A DNA stretch of 64,000 nucleotides from contig NW_021834231.1 of assembly GCF_006345805.1 (NCBI RefSeq), forward strand, positions 1 to 64,000, read 5' to 3'. The notes under the pieces were generated by a model. It saw only the letters and a list, made by a program, of their open reading frames with translations. It searched no databases and was not told the DNA's origin. This document shows positions 53,233 to 64,000 of the stretch, one piece after another. Made by a program: the position numbers and the translations under genes. Every line of letters starts with the position of its first letter. Position 1 is the first letter of the stretch. Source of the stretch: Octopus sinensis (Eukaryota).

Positions 53233-53637
53233 ACTCTTTTTACTCTCTTTTACTTGTTTCAGTCATTTGACTGCGGCCATGCTGGAGCACCGCCTTTAGT
53301 CGAGCAAATCAACCCCGGGACTTATTCTTTGGAAGCCCAGTACTTATTCTATCGGTCTCTTTTGCCGAACCGCTAAGTGACGGGCACGTAAACACACCAG
53401 CATCGGTTGTCAAGCAATGCTAGGGGGAAAAACACAAACACACACACGCATACATATATATATGTATACATATATACGACAGGCTTCTTTCAGTTTCCGT
53501 CTACCAAATCCACTCACAAGGCGTTGGTCGGCCCGGGGCTATAGCAGAAGACACTTGCCCAAGATGCCACGCAGTGGGACTGAACCCGGAACCATGTGGT
53601 TGGTTAGCAAGCTACTTACCTCACAGCCACTCCTGCG
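53233..53637 (-). mobile_element. SINE family A, full length
   Basis: Near-consensus copy. Confidence 0.87.
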
Positions 53638-54015
53638 AATAGATGCTTGGTTATAGGAATGACAGACTGAAAGAAGACTTAATAGATCTGTTCAATGCGT
53701 CAAGAACTATTGAAACTTACCTTGTGACATTTTAATAACGTTGAAAAACTTATAAAGTAAAACAACTCATTTATATGTGTGTTTCTGTATGTATGTTTGT
53801 ATGTGTGTATTTTATGTATTTTTTAATCAATCTTATTTCTATTAATCAATTATTTTAAGTATTTCTTGATTCTACAGAAATGAAGTTCAATATTGATACT
53901 GGTAATATTTGATGTAATTACATATATAACCAATTAACAGTAAATTAATTTACTCGAAGCACATCTGAAATAGGTCTTTGCACGAAGTGCGTTTCCAACA
54001 TGTATTTTGAAGGTA

Positions 54016-54236
54016 CTACTTGAGAACAGTGGTCCCGGTGCGTGCACTCGCGTACTCGCGCATCCGCGCTAGCTAGTCATGACTAGTCGATCCTTACTTT
54101 GTGTTTTTATGTTTTATTTACTTTGCGTAAAAAAATTATTTATTTTGTCTTTTATTTACTTTGCTAGGTAGTGGTTGTACGATCGACTAGTCACGACTAG
54201 CTATTGCGGATGCGCGACTACACTGTTCTCAAGTAG
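54016..54236. mobile_element. MITE with bipartite TIRs, TA flanks
   Basis: CTACTTGAGAACAGTG / CACTGTTCTCAAGTAG perfect; inner arms 54057-54092 versus 54181-54216 match at 33/36. Confidence 0.85.
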
Positions 54237-54765
54237 TACTTATTTTGGACTGATGAGAGGATAAAAAAGAAACGAAAAATTTAATTTTAAATTGCTTTTT
54301 TTCAAAAAAATTTCAAAATACTGTGTCTGATTATAACGAAAATTCATTGCATGGAATCGAATGTACCATTTATTTAAGAAAAGTGCGAACAAAATTGTTC
54401 GCATATTCTGTGAAATAGAGCTACGTTTACAATTATATATATTTGATTATACTAGGAATCAATAGCAATTCTCCAAAAATATATTTTCAATATACAAGTT
54501 AATTCGATAATATGGCTAGCATATATCGGAGTGATATATATAACGTTTTTCTATATAAATCACTTTTGTCATTCTGTAATTTCCGTTCTATAGATACTTC
54601 TTTAACACATGAACTGGATTTGCGAAAACAACAAAATATCGTTGATTGGCTGATACAAAAGTATTCAAAGTATAATGTGGCGTGGCAAATAAGAATAGAT
54701 GTGAATAAATAACAAGGAAGGTGTGTTGCTACTTACATATACGCAATACAAAAAAAAGGGAACTA

Positions 54766-54998
54766 CAGAGTGTTCATAAAGTATCTCCGCAGTAAGTATT
54801 TAATGGTTTTCGGGCGATTCTTTTACACTGGTCCTTTACTTGCTCCATAGATAAAATGGTCAGGCGGTGTTAAATTAGGTGATCTTGGTGGCCAATGTCC
54901 CTTAGAAATAATCCGTTCACTGAAAACCTCTTTAAGTAGCACCATGGTAATGCGCAGGAGGAAAATATTCACTGCGGAGAGACTTCTTGAACACCCTG
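54766..54998 (-). mobile_element. Internally deleted Tc1/mariner element (233 bp)
   Basis: TIRs CAG(A/G)GTGTTCA..AAGT.TCTCCGCAGT, TA on both sides; retains ERIISKGHWPPRSPNLTP.DHFIYG. Confidence 0.88.
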
Positions 54999-55720
54999 TA
55001 TATTCACCGTATAGTAGGTGATCGGGGGCGTGATTCATGTTCGGTTTGAGACTCAAATCTGGAAGTGTGACTCTGCTATAACATGGAAAATACAAAGGCT
55101 TACTAATTAAGCATTTTAAATTTCTTTTTTTTTATTAAGTCTAAAACGATAAACAATAACAGCGACAATTTGTCTAGAAGCTACCCGTTTCTAATTAGAA
55201 AACTGTGTTAATGAAAGAATACATATTTATTACAAGAACAAAAACATAAAATGTATCGCAGTAATTAGTAAAAAAAAATACCTATACCGATTATTGACTA
55301 ATATTTGCTATGCTTCCAATAATAAGTATTAAGTCAAAAACGAAAATAACTTGTAATTTCTTATGAAAAAGAAGAAAAAACTTTATTCGTCAATTAGTAC
55401 CGTTTCTTTCTTTTTTTTTTTTTTTACAAAATCTGCATATATGCTTCGTTTTTCGTATTTTGTGTGCTTTCACTGACAATATTGTGTTCCGCTGCAACAT
55501 AAGTATAAATGCCTTGCATTTAGGGAAGAACGATTGTTGACAAATGTGTGTGTGTGTGTGCATAAGCATATACCATATAAACACACACACACACACATAC
55601 ACACACACATACACACACACATACACACACACACAAAGTAATATACATCCAAATACATAGACGTACACATATGCGCACATGCAAATATACATACGTACAT
55701 ACATAGACGCATACATATAC

Positions 55721-55760
<40 letters not shown>

Positions 55761-55814
55761 GTATCTATTTATCTATATATCTCTATCTCTCTCTCTATCT
55801 ATCTATCTATCTTA

Positions 55815-55855
<41 letters not shown>

Positions 55856-56490
55856 TATATTCGTGACTAAAATGACAGAGGGTGCTAGTGAGCACCAGCA
55901 TTGCTAGAAAAAAAGAATCAAGACAACTCTTAGCCACGTGAGAGCACTTTTCTAACAACTGACAAGGGGGACAGGTTCCGTCCCTACGACAAACGAGATG
56001 GAATTATATCAGCGCTGAATTCAGATTTAATTAACCTTCATCAGTAACCCAGTACTGCGTCGCCGAAGGTTAAAGAACCTAAGTCTCCCTTGTCAGCCTT
56101 ATAGAGAACGTCATAGGAAACACTGACTAGTTCGAGAATGGTGAAGTGAGAATTATACATTTCTAGCGAATCACGTGCCATCAATAATGATGGCTAATTG
56201 TAGTAGTTCATATATAAATAAGGTACGAGATAAGGTACATCACAATCACACATACAAACATTCACATACTTTCCTTGTAAACGCACACACATACACATGT
56301 ATACTCACACAGAGTTGAAACGCGGATTTTTTTTTCACGCCTTCCTTCCTTATCCATCTATCACTCCTTCCTTTCTCTCATTGCTATTACTTTCTCTCTC
56401 AGTCCCTCTCAGTCAGGGCTATTACTCTCACTACTTCTCCGTCACTGAATTACGATTCTCTTTCCTCCTCCGCGTCCGGCGTGATTCTGG

Positions 56491-56533
<43 letters not shown>

Positions 56534-56576
56534 AATATATTGAAACACTATGCTCATTATTATATTAGGAGATTTA

Positions 56577-56687
56577 GGTGGCTATTCGCGATTTAGAACC
56601 AAAAGGCAACGAGTACAGTCGTCACTAAAATCACTTTGGTGATGACTAAACTTGTTGCCTTTCGGCTCTAAATTGTGAATAGCAACC
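56577..56687. mobile_element. 111-bp hairpin MITE, PIF/Harbinger-like
   Basis: About 50-bp arms matching at 41/51, begins with GG, TTA on both sides. Confidence 0.7.
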
Positions 56688-56944
56688 TTAATAATTCATA
56701 CAAACACACACACACACACACATCGTTAATGAGATATATTCAATGGGAATACAATATACTGAATTTCTAATAAATGCTCTTGGTAGGGAAATGTCTAAAA
56801 CATTAAAGGTATTTAGAAATTTAATAAGAGTGATTATATATCATATTATAAAATTAGGAGCAGCAAAATTACATCAAAAAATCATCACAGAAGATATACA
56901 TCCAAAATAATATTGTATTAATAGATAGATTTATAAATATATAA

Positions 56945-57960
56945 AACTTAGATAAAACTTAGATATGTTTCGACCAAAGATTGGTCCAGGTCATGTCTAA
57001 CTTAATAGTACCACCTGATAGGATTATCTAAATCCTTTTTAAGTCAAATTTTCTGGTATTGTAGTCCATTCAAGTAGTGAGTTCTTGTTGAGTGAGTTGT
57101 ATCCAGATATGGGTGGCTTATCTGCTATTCCTCGAAGAAATTTGTCCAGACTCCGTTTAAAGGTGATGGGATCCTTTTCCTCTTTAATCAGTTTTGGAAC
57201 AATGTTAAACAGGGCAGGGACAATGTTGAGGAAAAGAAATTATGTCGCAGTGTACCTATATGTTGTGATCCTGAATTGGGCAGGGGACGTATGGATCGTG
57301 ATCCCAGCTTTGGATGAACCTTGAAACTAATGTTCAGGTCGTTTGGGCAATGCTGGCGGTATATTCTCCACATCGGCGCTAGAGAGAGTAGAGTTTCAAG
57401 GCTTTAAGGCGGTCCCAATAATCAAGAGCAGCCATGTCTTCAATTCGTTTAGTGAGTGCCTACTGGGGTGATTCAATCCTCCAGATGTTTTGTTTTTTAT
57501 GGGGAGACTCCAACTGAGATTGTTATCAACAATTACATCCAGGTCTCTGATATTATTAGATGTCGTGAGCGGTTCACCATCTAATGGCTGTTTTAGTATA
57601 GTCATCACAGAAGATATACATGGCTGTTTTAGTATAGACTGTCTTCCAAAATGCATCAGCTCGAATTTTCCCTCGTTTAGTTGCATTTTGTTTTTGTCTG
57701 CCCATTGACTCATAGCATATAGATCAGAGTGGAGTTGAGTTCGTTCTTCTTCATTGATGATTTTCTGGAGCTTAGTGTCATCAGCAAATACTTTCACTTT
57801 GCAGTAATTTACGACGCTGGAAAGGTCATTTATGTAAATTATAAAGAGGAGCGGGACTAAGACAGTCCCCTGAGGGACACCACTGGTGACTTTTTCTGGG
57901 CTTGAGTGGACTCCATCGACCACAACTTCTATTCGCCAGGAAATATCTAATCCAGTGTAA
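56945..57960 (-). pseudogene. CR1-clade LINE RT/3' end
   Basis: VTSGVPQGTVLVPLLFIIYINDL, VFADDTKL, FKRSLDKFL; 3' hairpin GACC..GGTC then (ATCTAAGTTTT)2. Confidence 0.85.
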
Positions 57961-58143
57961 AAGTTTTCCAGGGATTCCAACATTTGCCAATTTTGGGAGT
58001 AAGATATTATGGTCAACCCTAAAAAGTTTAGAAGTTTGTAATCTTCCTGCTCTTATTTCATAATATAATATAATATTATATTATATATATATATAGGGTT
58101 GTTTGTTATGGCCTATCAGGGAGTAACCAGTGTTTTCGCACCT

Positions 58144-58409
58144 ATAAAGCGCTTAGCTTTATAGAAATTTAGAAATTTAATTTACCTCCGTTTACGCATA
58201 CATACGTATTTACATATATATATATGTAGAAACAAGCATACGAACAGATACAACTGAAAATGGCAGGCGTCCACTACTACACCGATACATTTGATGGAAA
58301 TCAAATTAAATTTTCTCATTAGAATCATGTGTCTATGTATGCACTTAATTATACATGTACACACACACAGACATCATAAATATATATACATATATATAAT
58401 ATATATTAT

Positions 58410-58441
<32 letters not shown>

Positions 58442-58444
58442 ATA

Positions 58445-58487
<43 letters not shown>

Positions 58488-59203
58488 CTATATATAATAT
58501 ATCTATATATATATTATATATATATCTTAATAGTTATCGCCAAGCTAATATGGTAGTCTATAAATTAAGACTAAAGCTGCCGCTGATTAAAGCGCTGATA
58601 AAGCGCTTAGCTTTATAGGTGCGAAATGGCTGGAGCGTTGGGCTCAATCCCATTGAAACATCAAAATTTCTTAAGGCAACTGGAAATCCGATGCAAGATT
58701 GATGTCTTGCAAAAAGCAGCCTTATTGGACACAGCGCATATCTTAAGGAAAGTATTATCTGTCTGAGGTCCTAGTTGTGACTTGACTGATGACTAAGGGC
58801 TACTCTGCAAATTTACCTACATTGTATTACGAAGAAATAATAATAATAATAATAGCATCCCCAACTGACCACAAGGTATGCGATAAGGAAGAAAGAAATG
58901 TCGATAGATATGACAGGTTAGATTGGGAAGTTAAGCAGTTGTGCTCGATGAAAAAGATGGTAGCAGTACCAATAATTAAGAACATGGATAAAGGGGACGC
59001 CACAATGACAGACAAGAATTTGTGTGGGAATTCAAATAAAGGATATGAATAGAGAAATTGAAAATACAATAAAATGCGATAGACATAGTCTACAAAGTAT
59101 GTGATAATATGAATGACAGAGTCCTCCTGATACAGGAGAAGCTCCAAGCAGGGCAGGTAGGAACTCCCCCACCCCATATAACATACATACATATAAAATA
59201 TAT

Positions 59204-59251
<48 letters not shown>

Positions 59252-59840
59252 GAAACATTAAAATTTCTAAGTCTCTCTAAAGGAGATTAATGGCAGCGGT
59301 ACTGGATATTAATAGTTAGCGCCAAGCTAATATGGTAGTCTATAAATATAAGACTAAAGCTGCTGCTGATTAGCTCCAAGAGGCCATCGCCTCTAGCTAG
59401 CTATATGACACACGAACCTGCGTCCATTATAACCTTCGAACAGGGGAGGTCAGACATCTGCAGACATGTTTCAGGGTAGTTGCCCTTTATCAATGCAGAG
59501 TAGCCAAACCCAGCAGATGTCGCTACTGACCGTCTGTTCGAAGGATTTATTTACCTAATTTCAGTAATCTCCGTAATCTCCTTTAGAGAGACTTAGAAAT
59601 TTTAATGTTTCTATTTTGAAAACAAGTGGATGTATTCCACTGAAATTAGGTAAATAAATCAAGCAAGGGGAAGCGGCTGACCTCCCCTGTTCGAAGGTTA
59701 TAATGGATGCATGTTCGTGTGTCATATAGCTAGCTAGAGGCGATGGCCTCTTGGAGCTAATCAGCGGCAGCTTTTAGTCTTATATTTATAGACTACCATA
59801 TTAGCTTGGCGATAACCATTAATATATATATATATATATC

Positions 59841-59878
<38 letters not shown>

Positions 59879-59920
59879 ATATATAATATATATATATCAT
59901 ATATATATTGTATATATATA

Positions 59921-59951
<31 letters not shown>

Positions 59952-59999
59952 ATTTATATATATATATATATATTAATATATATATTAATATATATTATA

Positions 60000-60044
<45 letters not shown>

Positions 60045-60342
60045 CTATATATATATATTATATATGTATGTATATACATCACATATATATATATATAATT
60101 TTATACAATATATATATATGTATATATATTTATGATGTCTGTGTTGTGTACATGTAATAATTAAGTGCATACGTAGACACATGATTCTAATGAAAAATTT
60201 AATTTGATTTCCATCAATGTATCGGTGTAGTAGTGGACGCCTGCCATTTTCCGTTGTATCTGTTCGTATGCTTGTTTCTACATATATATATATATGTAAT
60301 ACGTCGTATGCGTAAACGGAGGTAAATTAAATTTCTAAATTT
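58144..60342. repeat. Nested fold-back cluster of inverted and direct segments
   Basis: 58165-58589 inverted at 59757-60342; 59309-59453 inverted at 59677-59822; shorter inverted pairs inside; 21-bp direct repeat at 58144-58164 and 58598-58618. Confidence 0.85.
58670..58985 (+). pseudogene. Two R4/Dong-like endonuclease-domain fragments separated by (AAT)n
   Basis: LQKAALLDTAHILRKVLSV* and ASPTDHKVCDKEERNVDRYDRLDWEVKQL.SMKK..AVPII. Confidence 0.72.
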
Positions 60343-60536
60343 AACATTATTCACTTCTTGAAATGCCACGATGCAAATAAAATATCTGAGGACAAACTTT
60401 ATTCCACAATATTCTCTTAGAGTTTTTTATTTTTTAATTTTTTTTAATCTTCCTTTAGTTTGGAGGTAGATATATTTGTGCTTCACAGCATTTAATAAAC
60501 TTTTTGCTTAACGTTCTAGTAATCTCTCGTTTCCCT

Positions 60537-60576
<40 letters not shown>

Positions 60577-60817
60577 GTCTATTTATCTATCTATCTCTCA
60601 CTGCCTTGCATCTTCTATTTCTTATTTTCTCCCTCACTACTCCATTCTATATTTGTATATACATATATTGTTTTTTTTAAATTATTTATTTTACTATTTG
60701 CAATTTGGTTTCACCATTAAATTATTTTCAATGTAGGTTGCTTTTCATCTTCATCTAAAGATTAATAGTATTAATAAGAACACTAAGTGCGTGTGTAGTG
60801 TGTATGAGAGAGGAGAG

Positions 60818-60850
<33 letters not shown>

Positions 60851-60866
60851 TACATACATATATATA

Positions 60867-60901
<35 letters not shown>

Positions 60902-61661
60902 TTATATGGTGGATGAAGGGGTCTACTATTTCTAAATGAAAATATATATATATTATATATATATATATATGTATGTATGTATGTATATGTATATACATGC
61001 ATACATATGTACAAGTACATCGATCTGTGTGAGCTTATGTGTGTGTGTTAGATGTGTGTAAGTAAGTATGTATGCATATATATATACGTGCGTGTGTGTG
61101 CGTGTGTGTGTGTGTGTGTGAGTCTGTATGTGAAGCGCCTGGCGGCTGGGATCTATTTTCGAACATTGCTGTTTGTTCGACTGCGTATTGTTATCTTATA
61201 TTTTTTAAGAGTATATTGCCTGTTTCTGGAGTTGTTTGTTTGTTTGTTTGTTGTTGTTGTACATACATAATTATCTCACTTTAAGATTTCTTTCTGATTA
61301 ATTTCTCCAGTTGCAAATCTATTTTTGAAAAATTTCCTTCTGAGTTAGTTGAGCCTACTTTTTAACATAGCAGAAGCTTAGTAGTCTATCGCCTCAACCA
61401 CATCTGTAGGTAAATCGATAATAGAAAATGTTCGTTGGAGGAACATTGAACTAAACAGAATACTGAAGCAGTAGTGGCTTCGTGCCAAAATATCTCTTTA
61501 TCCGTTTATTTATTCATCTAATTATATATCTACAATCCGCTCTCTTTCTCTTTTGTTGTTTTGTTTTTCCAGAAGCATACACTTAACTATCCGGCTATCT
61601 CTACCTACATACATACATACACACATAAATACGTATATGTATGTATGTATGTATATTTATT

Positions 61662-61755
<94 letters not shown>

Positions 61756-62711
61756 GCATGATGTCTATATATATATACACATTATGCATATGTTTCTGTA
61801 TTTATTTCTTTATGGAAACTGATATATATATATATAATATATGTATGTATATATATATATGCATGTATGTATGTATATATATATATATATATATACATTA
61901 TGCATATGTTTGTGTATTTATTTCTTTATGGAAACTGATATATAATATGTATACCCATGTATATTATTTATGTATGGTTTACTCACACGTGCACACATAC
62001 ACACATTCTGTCTCTCACATAAAAACACACGTTCATAGACACATTCATATATGTGCAAACGCTCACGCACACACATACACAGAGAGACACACACACACAT
62101 ATTATGTATATGTGTGTGTATATATATTTATTTACTTAAGCTTGTATGTTTATATGCCTGCCTGTGCGTGTACAACTGGGAAAAAGAAAGAGAATGGTTA
62201 AATTACCAGATATATAATTAGAGTCCTAATAAATAGATGTGCTTGAAATTATAACAACGTATATGTATTTATCTGTGTGTTCGTGTGATTATACAGAGAC
62301 ACATTTCTTTACTTATTTCACTATACGAACACGAATGAAAGTGTATTTTTTTACACAAATGCCTCATTCAGATTATAGCGCGCGTGTGTCTGGGTTCTGA
62401 TGTGTGCGTATACCTATAAAAACTATGATTCTATAGTGACAGAAATATGTGTTGCAGGAGAATGCTGAAGTTATCTGCATATATGAATACACAAGATTAC
62501 ATAAGCATATACTTTTGAATATACATTCTTTTATTTTTCATTTGTTTCAGTCACTTGACTGCGACCATGTTTGGGACCCGCTTTTACTCGATCAAACCGA
62601 CCCCAGGACTTATTCTTTATAAGCCTATCGGTCTATCGGTATCTTCTATCTTCAAGCGTACGTGGAGGGACAAACACAAACGCACAAACACACAGACACA
62701 CATCTATCTAT

Positions 62712-62939
62712 GGCGAGCTGGCAGAAACGTTAGCACGCCGGGCGAAATGCTCAGCAGTATTTCGTCTGTCGTTACGTTCTGGGTTCAAACACCGCCGAGG
62801 TCGACTTTGCCTTTCATCCTTTCGGGGTCGATAAATAAAGTACCAGTTATGCACTGGGGTCGATGTAGTTGACTTAATCCCTTTGTCTGTCTTTGTTTGT
62901 CCCTTCTATGTTTAGCCCCTTGTGAGCAATAAAGAAATA
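62712..62939 (+). mobile_element. SINE-B with Tx1-type tail, flanked by ATCT repeats
   Basis: ATCTATCTAT|GGCGAGCTGG...GAGCAATAAAGAAATA|TATCTATCTAT. Confidence 0.9.
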
Positions 62940-62940
62940 T

Positions 62941-62960
62941 ATCTATCTATCTATCTATCA

Positions 62961-63048
<88 letters not shown>
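62941..63048. repeat. (ATCT)n
   Basis: Direct reading. Confidence 0.95.
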
Positions 63049-63413
63049 GTCTGTTTCCGTCTACCAAATTCACTCACAAGGCTTGGTCGGCCCGAGGCTA
63101 TAGCAGAAGACACTTACACAAGCAGTCACGTGATGGAACTGAACCAGGAACCGTGTGATTAAGTGATTGAGAAACGAGTTTCTCACCACACAGTTAGTTT
63201 TGTGTGTATATGTATATATTCACATGCATATATAGGTACAGGACGTCACCAACGGTGCAAATAACATAAAATACGTAAACAAATGAGGGAAAAACGAGTG
63301 AAATACGTAAACAACGAGACAAAATGGAAAACAGGACATACATACATACATACATATATATATATGTATGTGTGTGTGTGTGTATGTAGGTAGGTATATA
63401 TACACACACACAT

Positions 63414-63600
63414 ATAGTTAATCCAAACATGAAAACACAAAGAGAAAACACAACAACGCGAGGACGTGGAACAAGTATAGTATTATTGGACGCTCAGGAA
63501 AGAAGGAAAGAAGGAGGGTTTAACGTTTCAAGCGGAGCTCTTCGTCAGAAACATAGGAAAAGGAAAGATCCAAAGAACGGTACACACGCGGTCACATTTT
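63414..63600 (-). mobile_element. Hammerhead-bearing repeat, copy 2
   Basis: Homologous to 51728-51950. Confidence 0.75.
63518..63552 (-). ncRNA. Minimal type I hammerhead ribozyme motif
   Basis: GTTT-CTGACGA-A-GAGC(tcc)GCTT-GAAA-CGTT-AAAC; stem I GTTT/AAAC, palindromic AACGTT. Confidence 0.75.
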
Positions 63601-63602
63601 GA

Positions 63603-63634
<32 letters not shown>

Positions 63635-63654
63635 CTGTGTGTGTGTGAGTATAA

Positions 63655-63770
63655 CAATCTCAGTTGCAGTATCCGCATCAACAATAAGGTTGATATTGTT
63701 CGTAGGATGAGCTCCTGGATGTTAAGGACCTTCCGGTCCAGAGAACAAGGTGTCGTCATTCCAGTTTTGT
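63655..63770 (+). pseudogene. CR1-like fragment
   Basis: [31 protein letters not shown] resembles the CR1 post-RT region. Confidence 0.55.
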
Positions 63771-63844
63771 CCTCCTATATAAATATAAATTAATTACATA
63801 CATATATATATCTATATATATATATATTATATATATATATATAT

Positions 63845-63891
<47 letters not shown>

Positions 63892-64000
63892 TGTATGTAT
63901 ATATGTATATATGTCCATATATACATCCTACCTACCAACATATATGTAGGTGGGTACATATATATACATATATAAATTGAAAAGTGTCACGGGAAAGTAG

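Larger units (their letters stand above)
62538..63160 (-). mobile_element. SINE family A split by a SINE-B insertion into its internal microsatellite
   Basis: 3' part at 62538-62701, 5' part at 63049-63160. Confidence 0.75.

Noticed and set aside
55009-55078. Possible minus-strand exon (RVTLPDLSLKPNMNHAPDHLLY)
   Set aside because: Isolated AG/GT pair next to a Tc1 remnant, with no partner exons or homology
56010-56046. CTGATGA motif on minus (and CTGAAGA at about 35160 on plus) as hammerheads
   Set aside because: Stem II/GAAA geometry is degenerate and stems I and III are not identifiable

Overview
AT-rich, microsatellite-saturated animal DNA made almost entirely of transposable elements. 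The SINE families and repeat landscape look like an Octopus genome (recall/inference, not searched). No intact host gene can be supported; there is only a weak chain of possible plus-strand micro-exons at about 21.6-23.7 kb. Most ORFs in the supplied track are microsatellite or antisense artefacts. Contents: a full-length but frameshifted 6.1-kb Tx1/L1-clade LINE (1154-7253, minus) sitting in (ATCT)n; an internally deleted Tx1-like element (48333-50570); R4/Dong-like, RTE, CR1-like and Penelope-like remnants; mariner/Tc1/pogo/Harbinger-type derivatives; three tRNA-like SINE families; several Penelope-type minimal hammerhead ribozyme motifs; and many palindromes. The main finding is a coherent Tx1-driven system. 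One subfamily of SINE-B carries a 3' tail homologous to the 3' ends of both Tx1 elements (34/42 ungapped identity to one, 18/21 to the other). Those SINE copies and the LINEs occupy the same few target types: (ATCT)n, the GGTAAGTAGCT site in the tRNA-like head of SINE-A, and a GGTATTTCG site inside SINE-B itself, where they form head-to-tail arrays.
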